A DNA stretch of 32,000 bases from an uncultured archaeon (GCA_964565725.1 CAZMGA010000002.1:14481-46480); one strand, 5' to 3'; shown: positions 9,364-18,440, counted from the stretch's first letter. Notes: generated from the sequence alone by a model not told the origin. Made by a program: numbers and translations.

Positions 9364-9747
9364 ATGAAAGTTGCAATAGTACATATTTATTCAACATATA
9401 ATAATACAAAAATGGTAGCTACTGATATTACTGGTTCTGAGACTTTAGCAAAAAGTACTGGTGGAATAATAACTAAAAGTCAACATAAACAAGGTTCCCC
9501 ATATGTTGCTATGAAAATGGCTGAACAAATATCTTCAACTTTGAAAACTAAAGGTTATGATAACATAAAAGTGAAGGTTAGAGCATCTGGTGGTATAAGA
9601 GCTAAAAATCCAGGACAAGGTGCTGATGCAGCAATTACATCTTTGACAAGAAGTGGAATGAATATTTTAGAAATAGAAAATGTGACTCCTTTGCCACATG
9701 ATGGTTGTAGACCAAAAAAGAAATTTTTGTCTAGAAAGAAACAATAA
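9364..9747 (+). CDS. rps11: 30S ribosomal protein uS11
   Basis: KVAIVHIYSTYNNTKMVATDITGSETLAKSTGG...DGCRPKKKFLSRKKQ. Confidence 0.96.
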   Translation: MKVAIVHIYSTYNNTKMVATDITGSETLAKSTGGIITKSQHKQGSPYVAMKMAEQISSTLKTKGYDNIKVKVRASGGIRAKNPGQGADAAITSLTRSGMNILEIENVTPLPHDGCRPKKKFLSRKKQ

Positions 9748-9772
9748 TTATGTTAAGGATTATGGGATTTGT

Positions 9773-10525
9773 ATGCAAGTTAAATTTTTGAAAAAAGATG
9801 GTTTTGAATATCGTTTTAGTGTTAACGATACAAGAAAAGATATTGTTAATGCATATAGACGAGCAATAATGTTAAATTGTCCAGTAATGGCTATAAATAA
9901 AGTTGCAGTTTATAAAAATGAAAGTGTAATGCCTGATGAAATGTTAGCACATAGATTGGGTTTAGTACCAATTTATACAAAATCAGTAGATGATGAAGAA
10001 CATCATATTTATTTAAAGAAAAAATCAGGAATGGTTTATTCTGGAGATATTGAAACTACAGGCTTATTAGAAGTCCCTTTAAAACATATTCCATTAGTAT
10101 TATTAAAAGAAAATACTAATTTAGAATTAGAATTAACAGTTTCAAAAGGAAAAGGAATTGAGCATGTTAAATTTGAACCAGCTAATGTTCATTTTAATAA
10201 CATTGCTGAAATTAAACAAAACGGACCTATAAATTTTGAATTAAAAGATTTATGTCCTAAAGGGTTATTAGAACAAAAAGCAAATAAAATATTTTTAAAA
10301 GATCCTTATGATTGTAATCTTTGTAGACATTGTGAAAATAAAACAAATATGAATTTAGAAGTAATTATTAATGAAAATGATTTTGTATTTGGAATTGTTC
10401 CATTTAGAAATTTAGATTTATCCAATATTTTTGAATATAGTTATAATTATTTAAATTCTGAATTGGAAAGTCTAAAAAATGAAATTTTAGGTGAAAATAC
10501 TAAAAAAACTACTAAGAAAAAATAG
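9773..10525 (+). CDS. rpoD: DNA-directed RNA polymerase subunit Rpo3 (subunit D), with cysteine cluster
   Basis: RRAIMLNCPVMAINKVAVYKNESVMPDEMLAHRLGLVPI; C-x19-C-x2-C-x2-C (CPKG...DCNLCRHC). Start ATG 9773 chosen; upstream part of the track ORF overlaps uS11. Confidence 0.93.
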   Translation: MQVKFLKKDGFEYRFSVNDTRKDIVNAYRRAIMLNCPVMAINKVAVYKNESVMPDEMLAHRLGLVPIYTKSVDDEEHHIYLKKKSGMVYSGDIETTGLLEVPLKHIPLVLLKENTNLELELTVSKGKGIEHVKFEPANVHFNNIAEIKQNGPINFELKDLCPKGLLEQKANKIFLKDPYDCNLCRHCENKTNMNLEVIINENDFVFGIVPFRNLDLSNIFEYSYNYLNSELESLKNEILGENTKKTTKKK

Positions 10526-10569
10526 GATTTTTTAAATCCTTTTATTCTTTATATATAAATAACTAAGTT

Positions 10570-10652
10570 GCTGGGGTTCCGGAGCGGTCAAACGGGCAGG
10601 GCTTAAGACCCTGTGGCGAAGGCCTTCAAGAGTTCGAACCTCTTCCCCAGCA
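10570..10652 (+). tRNA. tRNA-Leu (anticodon TAA), no intron, CCA not encoded
   Basis: Acceptor GCTGGGG/CCCCAGC + discriminator A; anticodon arm CAGGG-CTTAAGA-CCCTG; long variable arm TGGCGAAGGCCTTC; T arm AAGAG-TTCGAAC-CTCTT. Confidence 0.97.
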
Positions 10653-10690
10653 TATATATTATTTTGATAATATTTATTGGAGTGAAATGT

Positions 10691-11056
10691 ATGAAACATA
10701 TACAATTAGATGATTTAAAAAGAAAATATATTATTGGTTTGAAAAAAAAATCTATTGCAGATAAGCAAGATTTTTATTTAGCATTATCAAAAGCAATGGA
10801 TGTGAGTTCTAGAAATTTTCCTGCAATTAATGTTTATAGATTAAATAAAATTGCAAAAAAAAATCCAAATAAAATATATTTAATACCTGGTAATTTATTA
10901 GGTTATGGTGATATTACTTCTGCAGTAAAAGTTTATGCATATAAAGTTTCAAAAAATGCAGAAGAAAAAATAAAAGCTGTAAAAGGTTCTGTAAAAGATT
11001 TTGATGAATTATTAAAATCAAAATTAGAATCAAAAGATATTATGATTGTTAAATAG
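10691..11056 (+). CDS. rpl18e: 50S ribosomal protein eL18
   Basis: MKHIQLDDLKRKYIIG...AINVYRLNKIAKKNPNKIYLIPGNLLGYGDI. The track start (10613) lies within the tRNA, so ATG 10691 was chosen. Confidence 0.9.
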   Translation: MKHIQLDDLKRKYIIGLKKKSIADKQDFYLALSKAMDVSSRNFPAINVYRLNKIAKKNPNKIYLIPGNLLGYGDITSAVKVYAYKVSKNAEEKIKAVKGSVKDFDELLKSKLESKDIMIVK

Positions 11057-11064
11057 GTGATTTT

Positions 11065-11568
11065 ATGACCCAAAAAAAAGAAGATACTAAACAAGTTGCA
11101 AAGAAAGTTGTTAAAGAAAAAAAAGTAATAGTTAAAAAACCAATTGTTAAAAAAGAAATTAATTACGATGCTACAAATTTAATTTTAGGTAGATTATCAA
11201 GTTATGTTGCTCAAAAATTATTATTAGGTTATAAAATAAATATTTATAATGCAGAAAAAGCAATAATTACAGGAGATCCAAAAATTATTGTAGAACAATA
11301 TACAGTTAAATTAAATTTTAGAGGTAAAGGTAATCCTGAAAAAGGACCAAAATATCCTAAAATTCCTGATAAAATGTTATTAAATGCAGTTAAAAGAATG
11401 TTGCCACATAAAAAAACAAGAGGTATAGATGCATTTAAAGATTTAAAAGTATTTATAGGTAATGAAGATAATGTAAAATTAGAAACTATTGAAGATGCAA
11501 AATTACAAAAGAGTATTAAATATTTACAATTAGGTGAATTAAGTACTAAATTAGGTGCTAAATGGTGA
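11065..11568 (+). CDS. rpl13: 50S ribosomal protein uL13 with K-rich N-terminal extension
   Basis: YDATNLILGRLSSYVAQKLLLGYKINIYNAEKAIITG, VKRMLPHKKTRG. Confidence 0.94.
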   Translation: MTQKKEDTKQVAKKVVKEKKVIVKKPIVKKEINYDATNLILGRLSSYVAQKLLLGYKINIYNAEKAIITGDPKIIVEQYTVKLNFRGKGNPEKGPKYPKIPDKMLLNAVKRMLPHKKTRGIDAFKDLKVFIGNEDNVKLETIEDAKLQKSIKYLQLGELSTKLGAKW

Positions 11569-11573
11569 TATTT

Positions 11574-12131
11574 ATGTATGAAAGAAGAGATTTTAGAAGA
11601 GATAGAATGAAAAGAGAATATGTTGAAGAAAAAGAAGAAAAACCAAAACCAGAAAAAAAACCTAAATTAGTAAAAATTCCTAAATCTTTAGAAAAACCAA
11701 TTTTTGTTAAATCAAAGAATGGTAAAGTTTTACACGTTTCTAGTAAGAGAAAAACTGCAATTGCTAGAGCTAGTGTTAAAAAAGGAAAAGGAAAAATTAC
11801 AATAAATAAAATACCTTATACTTTAATATCTAATAAATATTTGTTAGATATGGTTAAAGAGCCTATAGTTTTGGTAGAAGAATATAAACAAGAATTGCCA
11901 TCTCAAATAGATATTGCTATAACTGTTAAAGGTGGAGGAACTATTGGTCAAATGGTTGCTGTAAGAAATTGTATTGCAAAAGCATTTGTACAATATTTTA
12001 ACGATGTTAATTTAGCCCACAAAATAAGTACTTATAATAGATCTTTCTTAATTGATGATGAAAGAAGAGTAGAAGCTAAAAAACCATTAGGTACAAAAGC
12101 AAGAGCTAAAAAACAACATTCTAAGAGATAG
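11574..12131 (+). CDS. rps9: 30S ribosomal protein uS9 with charged N-terminal extension
   Basis: SSKRKTAIARASVKKGKGKITINKIPY, ends RRVEAKKPLGTKARAKKQHSKR. Confidence 0.94.
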   Translation: MYERRDFRRDRMKREYVEEKEEKPKPEKKPKLVKIPKSLEKPIFVKSKNGKVLHVSSKRKTAIARASVKKGKGKITINKIPYTLISNKYLLDMVKEPIVLVEEYKQELPSQIDIAITVKGGGTIGQMVAVRNCIAKAFVQYFNDVNLAHKISTYNRSFLIDDERRVEAKKPLGTKARAKKQHSKR

Positions 12132-12144
12132 ACGAGGGATATAC

Positions 12145-12339
12145 ATGTTAATGCCTGTAAGATGTTTTAGTTGTGGTTTTCCTGTGAGTGAATATTATGA
12201 AGCTTATAAAGAATCTATAGCTAAAGGTAAAACTCCAGAAGAAGCATTAAATTCTTTAGATATTAAAAATTATTGTTGTAGAAGAATGCTTTTAACTAGT
12301 GTAGATTATATTACTGAATTGATAAAATTCCAAAAGTGA
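12145..12339 (+). CDS. rpoN: DNA-directed RNA polymerase subunit Rpo10 (subunit N)
   Basis: MLMPVRCFSCGFPVSEYYEAY...NYCCRRMLLTSVDYITEL. Confidence 0.96.
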   Translation: MLMPVRCFSCGFPVSEYYEAYKESIAKGKTPEEALNSLDIKNYCCRRMLLTSVDYITELIKFQK

Positions 12340-12343
12340 GATA

Positions 12344-13537
12344 ATGAAAGTAGATATTCAAAAAGTTTTTGATAGTAGAGGTATGCCAACTATTATGGCT
12401 TATACTTATTATGAAGATGAAAGAATATTTGCAATTGCTCCTGCGGGAAAAAGTACTGGAATGCATGAAGCACAGGTTTATCCTTTAGATAAAAAAGGTA
12501 AAGCTAATATAGATTTAAGTTTTAAGTTTTTTAAAACTAATGAAAAAGCAATATTTGAAGCATTTGAATTTGATAATCAAGAAGAATTTGATTCTTTATT
12601 AGAAGATTTAGATGAAACAAATAATTTTTCTGATATGGGTGCAAATTTATCTACTGCTTTATCAATGTTATTTTTGAAAGTTCAAGCTAAAAAAAATAAT
12701 TTTGAATTATATAAATATTTAAATCCAAAAGTAAAATTAAAAGATTTGCCTAAGCCTTTAGGAAATGTTGTTGGTGGTGGATTACATTCAAATAATAAAA
12801 TATCTATTCAAGAATTTTTAGTATTAAATGAAGAAAAAAAAATTTCTGAAAACATTTTAAAGAACATAAATGTATATCATGAAATTGAAAACATTTTAAA
12901 GAGTAAAAAAAAGTTTTTTGGAAAAAATGATGAAGGTGCAATATCTTTTGATTCAAATTCTTTTGAAGTATTAAATATTATTGAACAATCAATAAAAAAT
13001 TTAGGCTATAAAACAAAAATAGGTTTGGATATTGCTGCAAGTTCATTTTATAAAAATAAAAAATATGAATTTGAAGGAAAAAAATATTCTGAAAGTGAAT
13101 ATTTGCAAATATTATTAGATACAATTAAAAATTATAAAAATATATATTATATTGAAGATCCTTTTGATGAAGAATCATTTACTGCATTTGCAGAACTACA
13201 AAAGAAAACAAAATCTTTAATTTGTGGTGATGATTTATTTACTACAAATAAAGATAGATTAATTCAAGGTATAAAAAATAAATCTGCAAAAGCAATATTG
13301 ATAAAACCAAATCAAATAGGTACAATAACAAAAACAATTGAAACTGTAAATTATGCAAAAAAACATAATGTTATGCCAGTAATTTCTCATAGATCTGGAG
13401 AAAGTATTGATAATACAATATCTCATTTGGCTGTTGGATTATCTATACCATATATAAAAACAGGAACAGTTTCAGGAGAACGTTTAGCAAAATTGAATGA
13501 ACTTATATTCATAGAAAAAAGAATTGAGGAAAAATAA
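12344..13537 (+). CDS. eno: Enolase (divergent)
   Basis: FDSRGMPTI, IEDPFDEE, GDDLFTTN, AILIKPNQIGT, SHRSGES, IKTGTVSGERLAKLNELIFIE. Confidence 0.93.
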   Translation: MKVDIQKVFDSRGMPTIMAYTYYEDERIFAIAPAGKSTGMHEAQVYPLDKKGKANIDLSFKFFKTNEKAIFEAFEFDNQEEFDSLLEDLDETNNFSDMGANLSTALSMLFLKVQAKKNNFELYKYLNPKVKLKDLPKPLGNVVGGGLHSNNKISIQEFLVLNEEKKISENILKNINVYHEIENILKSKKKFFGKNDEGAISFDSNSFEVLNIIEQSIKNLGYKTKIGLDIAASSFYKNKKYEFEGKKYSESEYLQILLDTIKNYKNIYYIEDPFDEESFTAFAELQKKTKSLICGDDLFTTNKDRLIQGIKNKSAKAILIKPNQIGTITKTIETVNYAKKHNVMPVISHRSGESIDNTISHLAVGLSIPYIKTGTVSGERLAKLNELIFIEKRIEEK

Positions 13538-13558
13538 ATATATTATTAAGGTGAGTGT

Positions 13559-14227
13559 ATGAGTAAAGAATTATTAATTAGCCCAGAAGAATATTTAAAA
13601 TCAGGTATTCATATAGGTACAAGATTTAAATCTAAAGGTATGAGAAAATATATTTTTAAATTAAGAAAAGATGGTTTAAAAGTATTTTCTATTGAAGAAA
13701 TAGATGAAAAAATTAGAGCTCTTGCAAAATTTTTAGTGAATTATAATCCTGAAAAAATAGCAGTTGTTGGTAGAAGAGTTTTTGCAAAAACAGCTATTGA
13801 AAATTTTTGTAAAATAATTGGTGCAAAATCTTATGTTGGTAGATTTATTCCAGGAGATTTTACTAATGCTAAAAGTAAGAACTTTTTTGAACCCGAATTA
13901 ATATTTGTTGTAGAATCTAATTTAGACAAACAAGCAATAATTGAAGCAGTAAAAGTAAATATACCTGTTGTTTCTTTGAGTAGTGCAAATAATTCAACAG
14001 TAAATATAGATTATGCTGTACCTTGTAATAATAAAGGTAAAAAAAGTTTAGCATTATTATTTTGGTTAATTGCTAGAGAATATCAATTATGTAAAGGAAT
14101 CATAAAATCAAGAGATGATTTCAAACATAAAGTTGAAGAATTTGAATATAATGGTAAAGAAAAAATTGTTAAAAATGAAGATGACAGAAGAAATAGAAGA
14201 CCTATAAGAGGACAAAGAAGAAGATAA
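13559..14227 (+). CDS. rps2: 30S ribosomal protein uS2
   Basis: EYLKSGIHIGTRFKSKGMRKYIFKLRKDGLKVFSIEEIDEKIR..., VGRFIPGDFTN; R-rich C-terminal tail. Confidence 0.94.
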   Translation: MSKELLISPEEYLKSGIHIGTRFKSKGMRKYIFKLRKDGLKVFSIEEIDEKIRALAKFLVNYNPEKIAVVGRRVFAKTAIENFCKIIGAKSYVGRFIPGDFTNAKSKNFFEPELIFVVESNLDKQAIIEAVKVNIPVVSLSSANNSTVNIDYAVPCNNKGKKSLALLFWLIAREYQLCKGIIKSRDDFKHKVEEFEYNGKEKIVKNEDDRRNRRPIRGQRRR

Positions 14228-14255
14228 ATTCTTTATTTTCTAAAAGGTAATTATT

Positions 14256-17087
14256 ATGCAAGCATATAACCTAAATGAAGAAAATAATATTAAACAATTT
14301 TGGGACAAAGAAGAAATTAGAAAAAAGTTTTTAAATAAAAATAAAAACAATAATAAAACTTTCTATTTTATGGATGGTCCGCCTTATGCTAACGGACATA
14401 TTCATTTAGGCCACGCATTAAATAAAATTACTAAAGATGTTATAATTAGATATAAAATAATGCGAGGATTTGATACTTTTGCAAAAGCTGGTTATGATAC
14501 TCATGGAGTACCTATAGAACATAAAGTTCAAAAAGCATTAAATTTAGATTCAAAAGAAGATATTGAAAATTATGGTATGGATAAATTTATATCTCAATGT
14601 ATTAATTTTGCAACAGAACATATTGAAGATATGAATAGAGAATTTTTAAATTTAGGTATATGGATGGATTATGAAAATGCATATATCACATTAAAACCAG
14701 ATTATATTGAAGGGTTGTGGCAAGCTTTTAAAAAAGCTGATGAAAAAAAATTATTATATAAAGGAAGATATCCTGTTCATTTTTGTTCTGAATGTGGAAC
14801 TGCATTATCATTTAATGAAATTGAACACACCACATTAGATGATATGTCTATTTTTGTTAAATTTAAAACTAAAGATAATAGATTTTTAATAATTTGGACT
14901 ACTACTCCTTGGACTTTACCTTCAAATGTTGGAATTATGGTTAATCCTTCTGCTACATATATAGATGTAAATATTGGTGGAGAAGTATGGATTATTGCAA
15001 AAGAATTATTAGAATCATTATGTAATAAAATAGAAGCTGGTTTTACAATATTAAAAGAGTATTCTGGTAAAGAATTAAATAATTTAAAATATGATAATCC
15101 ATTGGAACCTTTGTTGAAAAGAAAAAATTTAGAAAATGCTAATAGAGTGGTATTATCTGATAGATATGTTACTTTGGATACAGGATCTGGTTTAGTACAT
15201 TGTGCACCAGGTCATGGAAAAGAAGATTTTGAAGTAGGTATGCAAACAGGATTACCTGCATATACTTGTTTAAATGAAAAAGGAGTATTTGGAGAAGATG
15301 CGGGAAAATATATTAATTTAAAAGCAAAATCTGCTAATTCTATAATAATTGAAGATTTATCCAATTTAAATGCTTTAATTTATAAAGAAGTAATTTCTCA
15401 TGAATATCCTATTTGTTGGAGATGTAAATCACCATTATTACAAGTAGCTATGCCACAATGGTTTTTAAAAATAACTGATATTAGAGAAGAATTATTAAAA
15501 AATAATGAAAAAGTTTATTGGCCTCAAAGTTTTTCTAAAAATAGATTTACAAATTGGTTGTCTTCTTTAAGTGATTGGCCTGTTTCAAGATCGAGATATT
15601 GGGGAACACCTTTACCTATATGGGTATGTGATAAATGTAATAAATTTGATGTGTTGGGTTCTTTTACAGAATTAGAAGAAAAAACAGGTAAAAAAATTGA
15701 AAAAACAATTTTAGGAGTTCATAAACCAGAAATTGATAAATATACTTATAAATGTGAATGTGGAGGAATTAAAAAGAGAATTCCTGATGTTTTAGATGTA
15801 TGGTTTGATTCTGGAGCTTCTAGTTGGAGTGCTTTAGATAATGAAGAATTATTTAAGAGATTTTGGCCTGCTGATTTAAATATTGAAGGTACTGATCAAT
15901 TTAGAGGTTGGTGGAATTCACAAATGATATTATCTACTATTTGTTTCGATAATACACCTTTTAAATCTATTTTAGTACATGGTATGGTTTTAGATATTAA
16001 TAAAAGAGAAATGCATAAATCTGATGGTAATGTAATTGGTCCAAATGAAATAATTGAAGAATATAATAGAGATTCTTTGCGATATTATTTAATTAAAAAT
16101 AGTACGGGTAATGATTTTGGTTTTGGAAAAGAACTTTTAAAAGATACTATGAGATTTTTTAATATTTTGATAAATATTGGTAATTATATTGAAACTTATT
16201 TAAATGCAAATTTGGATATTAAAGAATTGCCAGTAGATTTAGAAATTGAAGATAAATGGATTTTATCTAAATATAATTCTATGAAATCAAATGTTTTAGA
16301 TAATTATGATAGTTATAATTTTTATAAAGTTGTTCCATTATTAGAAAATTTTATTATTGAAGATTTTAGTAGAAATTATATGAAATTAATAAAAGATAGA
16401 ACTGACAAAGAAAATTTGTCCTTAGTTTTTAATTATATTTTTGGAGGCTATTTAAGATTATTAGCTCCTATATTACCACATATAACAGAATATATTTACA
16501 AAAATTTTAATTTCAATAGTATTCATTTAACAAACATAGATGATTTTAATAATAATGATATAAATTTAGATTTAGAAAAAGAAATGGACTTAATTTTAGA
16601 TATTGTTCAATTGGGTTTAGGTTTGAGAGAAAAAGAAAAATTAAGATTAAGATGGACTTTACCAAAGTTATATGTTAATTTAAAAAATAATCAAAATATA
16701 AAATATTGTCAAAAAATATTAGAAAAAATGTTAAATGTAAATAATGTTGAATTTATTAATGAGAATTTAAATAAACCTTTTATTGAAGATGATTTTGTAA
16801 AAATTTTTGTGGATGCTAATTTTTCAAAAGGTACTAAAGATTTATGGTTTGTACAAGAATTAAGAAGACATATTCAAAATGAAAGAAAAATTTTAAAATT
16901 TTCTCCACAAGAAAATAAAGAATTAAATATTTATTGTGATGAGGATGTAAAAAAAATATTAACTAAATATTTAGTTGATTTAGAAAATACTACCAATACA
17001 AAAATAATATTAAATAATTTAATACAAGAAGATTTAATAGAAATATTAGATAAAAAAATATTAGTTAAGTTTAATATAAATAAGTGA
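14256..17087 (+). CDS. ileS: Isoleucyl-tRNA synthetase
   Basis: 943 aa class I aaRS: GPPYANGHIHLGHALNKITKDVI, editing domain TTTPWTLPSN, RYWGTPLPIW, KMSKS-region HKSDGN. Confidence 0.96.
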   Translation: MQAYNLNEENNIKQFWDKEEIRKKFLNKNKNNNKTFYFMDGPPYANGHIHLGHALNKITKDVIIRYKIMRGFDTFAKAGYDTHGVPIEHKVQKALNLDSKEDIENYGMDKFISQCINFATEHIEDMNREFLNLGIWMDYENAYITLKPDYIEGLWQAFKKADEKKLLYKGRYPVHFCSECGTALSFNEIEHTTLDDMSIFVKFKTKDNRFLIIWTTTPWTLPSNVGIMVNPSATYIDVNIGGEVWIIAKELLESLCNKIEAGFTILKEYSGKELNNLKYDNPLEPLLKRKNLENANRVVLSDRYVTLDTGSGLVHCAPGHGKEDFEVGMQTGLPAYTCLNEKGVFGEDAGKYINLKAKSANSIIIEDLSNLNALIYKEVISHEYPICWRCKSPLLQVAMPQWFLKITDIREELLKNNEKVYWPQSFSKNRFTNWLSSLSDWPVSRSRYWGTPLPIWVCDKCNKFDVLGSFTELEEKTGKKIEKTILGVHKPEIDKYTYKCECGGIKKRIPDVLDVWFDSGASSWSALDNEELFKRFWPADLNIEGTDQFRGWWNSQMILSTICFDNTPFKSILVHGMVLDINKREMHKSDGNVIGPNEIIEEYNRDSLRYYLIKNSTGNDFGFGKELLKDTMRFFNILINIGNYIETYLNANLDIKELPVDLEIEDKWILSKYNSMKSNVLDNYDSYNFYKVVPLLENFIIEDFSRNYMKLIKDRTDKENLSLVFNYIFGGYLRLLAPILPHITEYIYKNFNFNSIHLTNIDDFNNNDINLDLEKEMDLILDIVQLGLGLREKEKLRLRWTLPKLYVNLKNNQNIKYCQKILEKMLNVNNVEFINENLNKPFIEDDFVKIFVDANFSKGTKDLWFVQELRRHIQNERKILKFSPQENKELNIYCDEDVKKILTKYLVDLENTTNTKIILNNLIQEDLIEILDKKILVKFNINK

Positions 17088-17092
17088 TATTT

Positions 17093-17536
17093 ATGCCTAC
17101 TAGAAAGTTTTTTGCATTTTTAGATAAATATAAAAATGAAAATGTTGAGAATAAAATTGTTAAACCAAAATTAACATTAGGACAAAGAGCAGCAGATTAT
17201 GTTACTACTTGTGTTGGTTCTTGGAGATTTATTATTGGAGTATTAATTTTTATATGCTTATGGATGATTGTTAATGTAATAATATTATTAGAAGGTTGGG
17301 ATCCATATCCTTTTATATTGTTGAATTTTTGTTTATCTTGTTTAGCTGCAATTCAAGCACCAATTATATTAATGAGTCAAAATAGACAAACAGAAATTGA
17401 TAGAGTAAGAGCTGAATATGATTATAAAGTAAACATAAAAGCAGAAAAGGAAATAAATAATATGCAAAAAGATTTAAATAATATTAAACACCTAATAAAT
17501 GAATTGCATGAATGTAATTGTAAAAAAAGACTTTAA
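17093..17536 (+). CDS. DUF1003 family membrane protein
   Basis: VGSWRFIIGVLIFICLWMIVNV...DPYPFILLNFCLSCLAAIQAPIILMSQNRQTEIDRVRAEYDYKVNIKAEKEI; two TM segments. Confidence 0.88.
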   Translation: MPTRKFFAFLDKYKNENVENKIVKPKLTLGQRAADYVTTCVGSWRFIIGVLIFICLWMIVNVIILLEGWDPYPFILLNFCLSCLAAIQAPIILMSQNRQTEIDRVRAEYDYKVNIKAEKEINNMQKDLNNIKHLINELHECNCKKRL

Positions 17537-17567
17537 AAGATAAAAAAGCATTAAAAAACATTATTTG

Positions 17568-17576
17568 TTTATAAAT
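17568..17576 (+). promoter_or_regulatory. Candidate TATA box for the L7Ae-led operon
   Basis: TTTATAAAT in the first sizeable intergenic gap on the + strand; a second AT element (TTATATATAAT, ~17583-17593) is an alternative. Confidence 0.4.
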
Positions 17577-17649
17577 CTTTTCTTATATATAATATATAAT
17601 ACTATTTTTAGGTTTGGCTAATAACCTATGACTTAATGGAGGGAAAAAT

Positions 17650-18015
17650 ATGCCACAATTTGTAAAATTTGAAATGCCAGAAGAATTAACTAAAAATGTT
17701 GTTGAATTTTTAGGAAATGCTTCAAAAACAGGAAAAATAAGAGCTGGAGTTAATGAAGTAACTAAATTTATAGAAAGAGGTCAAGCAAAATTAGTTGTTT
17801 TAGCTGAAGATGTTACTCCTGAAGAATTATTAATACACATTCCAATCTTATGTAAAGAAAAAAAAATACCTTTTGCATACATGAAAGAAAAAAAAGCTTT
17901 AGGTACAGCTTGTAATTTAAAAGTTGGTACTTCTTGTATTGCTGTTTTAAATGAAGGTGTAGCAAAAAAAGAATTAGATGCAATTGTAAAAACTATTTCA
18001 GAATTAATAAAATAA
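17650..18015 (+). CDS. rpl7ae: Ribosomal protein L7Ae (eL8)
   Basis: ASKTGKIRAGVNEVTKFIERGQAKLVVLAEDVTPEELLIHIPILCKEKKIPFAYM. Confidence 0.96.
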   Translation: MPQFVKFEMPEELTKNVVEFLGNASKTGKIRAGVNEVTKFIERGQAKLVVLAEDVTPEELLIHIPILCKEKKIPFAYMKEKKALGTACNLKVGTSCIAVLNEGVAKKELDAIVKTISELIK

Positions 18016-18029
18016 ATAAGGTGATTTAA

Positions 18030-18248
18030 ATGGCTGATGAAGAATATGGTACACCTGCTGAAGTAGTGAATGTAATAAAAAGAACAGGAGTATCTGGAGA
18101 AGTAACTCAGGTTTTGTGTAAAATTTTAGATGGTAATGAAAAAGGAAGAATAAAAAGAAGAAATGTTAAAGGTAGAGTAAAGAAAGGCGATATTTTAACA
18201 TTGTTAAATACACAAAAAGAAGCAAAAGATATTTCTGCAAGAAGGTGA
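18030..18248 (+). CDS. rps28e: 30S ribosomal protein eS28
   Basis: PAEVVNVIKRTGVSGEVTQVLCKILDGNEKGRIKRRNVKGRVKKGDILTLLNTQKEAKDI. Confidence 0.95.
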   Translation: MADEEYGTPAEVVNVIKRTGVSGEVTQVLCKILDGNEKGRIKRRNVKGRVKKGDILTLLNTQKEAKDISARR

Positions 18249-18254
18249 TTGAAA

Positions 18255-18428
18255 ATGAAATGTCACTATTGTAATAAAGAAATACCTGAAGGTACAGGTA
18301 TATTGTTTGTAAAAAAAGATGGAACTTCTTATAACTTTTGTAGTTCAAAGTGTGAAAAAAATATGTTGAAATTAAAGAGAAAAGCATCAAAAACTATTTG
18401 GGCACACAAAGAAAAGAAAAAGAAATAA
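18255..18428 (+). CDS. rpl24e: 50S ribosomal protein eL24 (57 aa; absent from supplied ORF track)
   Basis: Direct translation MKCHYCNKEIPEGTGILFVKKDGTSYNFCSSKCEKNMLKLKRKASKTIWAHKEKKKK*; GGTGAT SD; canonical position between eS28 and aIF5B. Confidence 0.94.
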   Translation: MKCHYCNKEIPEGTGILFVKKDGTSYNFCSSKCEKNMLKLKRKASKTIWAHKEKKKK

Positions 18429-18440
18429 AAGGTGAGTTCT

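Noticed and set aside
9698-9772. N-terminal extension of the Rpo3 ORF
   Set aside because: Overlaps the conserved C-terminus of uS11 in another frame; Rpo3 homology begins at MQVKFLKKDG.
10613-10690. N-terminal extension of the eL18 ORF (MAKAFKSSNLFPSIYIILIIFIGVKC)
   Set aside because: Starts inside the tRNA-Leu gene; the conserved eL18 start is ATG 10691.
12344-13537. Enolase suspected to be inactive because of divergence (GKSTG, NDEGAISF)
   Set aside because: Glu of the DEG motif, IEDPFDE, GDDLF, the KPNQ Lys, SHRSGE and the IKTG Lys are all present, so the active site looks intact.
16000-16060. IleRS KMSKS-region variant HKSDGN
   Set aside because: The second-class signature differs from KMSKS but core K-S-x-G-N spacing is retained; likely ordinary lineage variation, not evidence of loss of function.
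18166-18390. Antisense ORF 74 aa
   Set aside because: Opposes the end of eS28 and the real eL24 gene on the plus strand, which the track missed.
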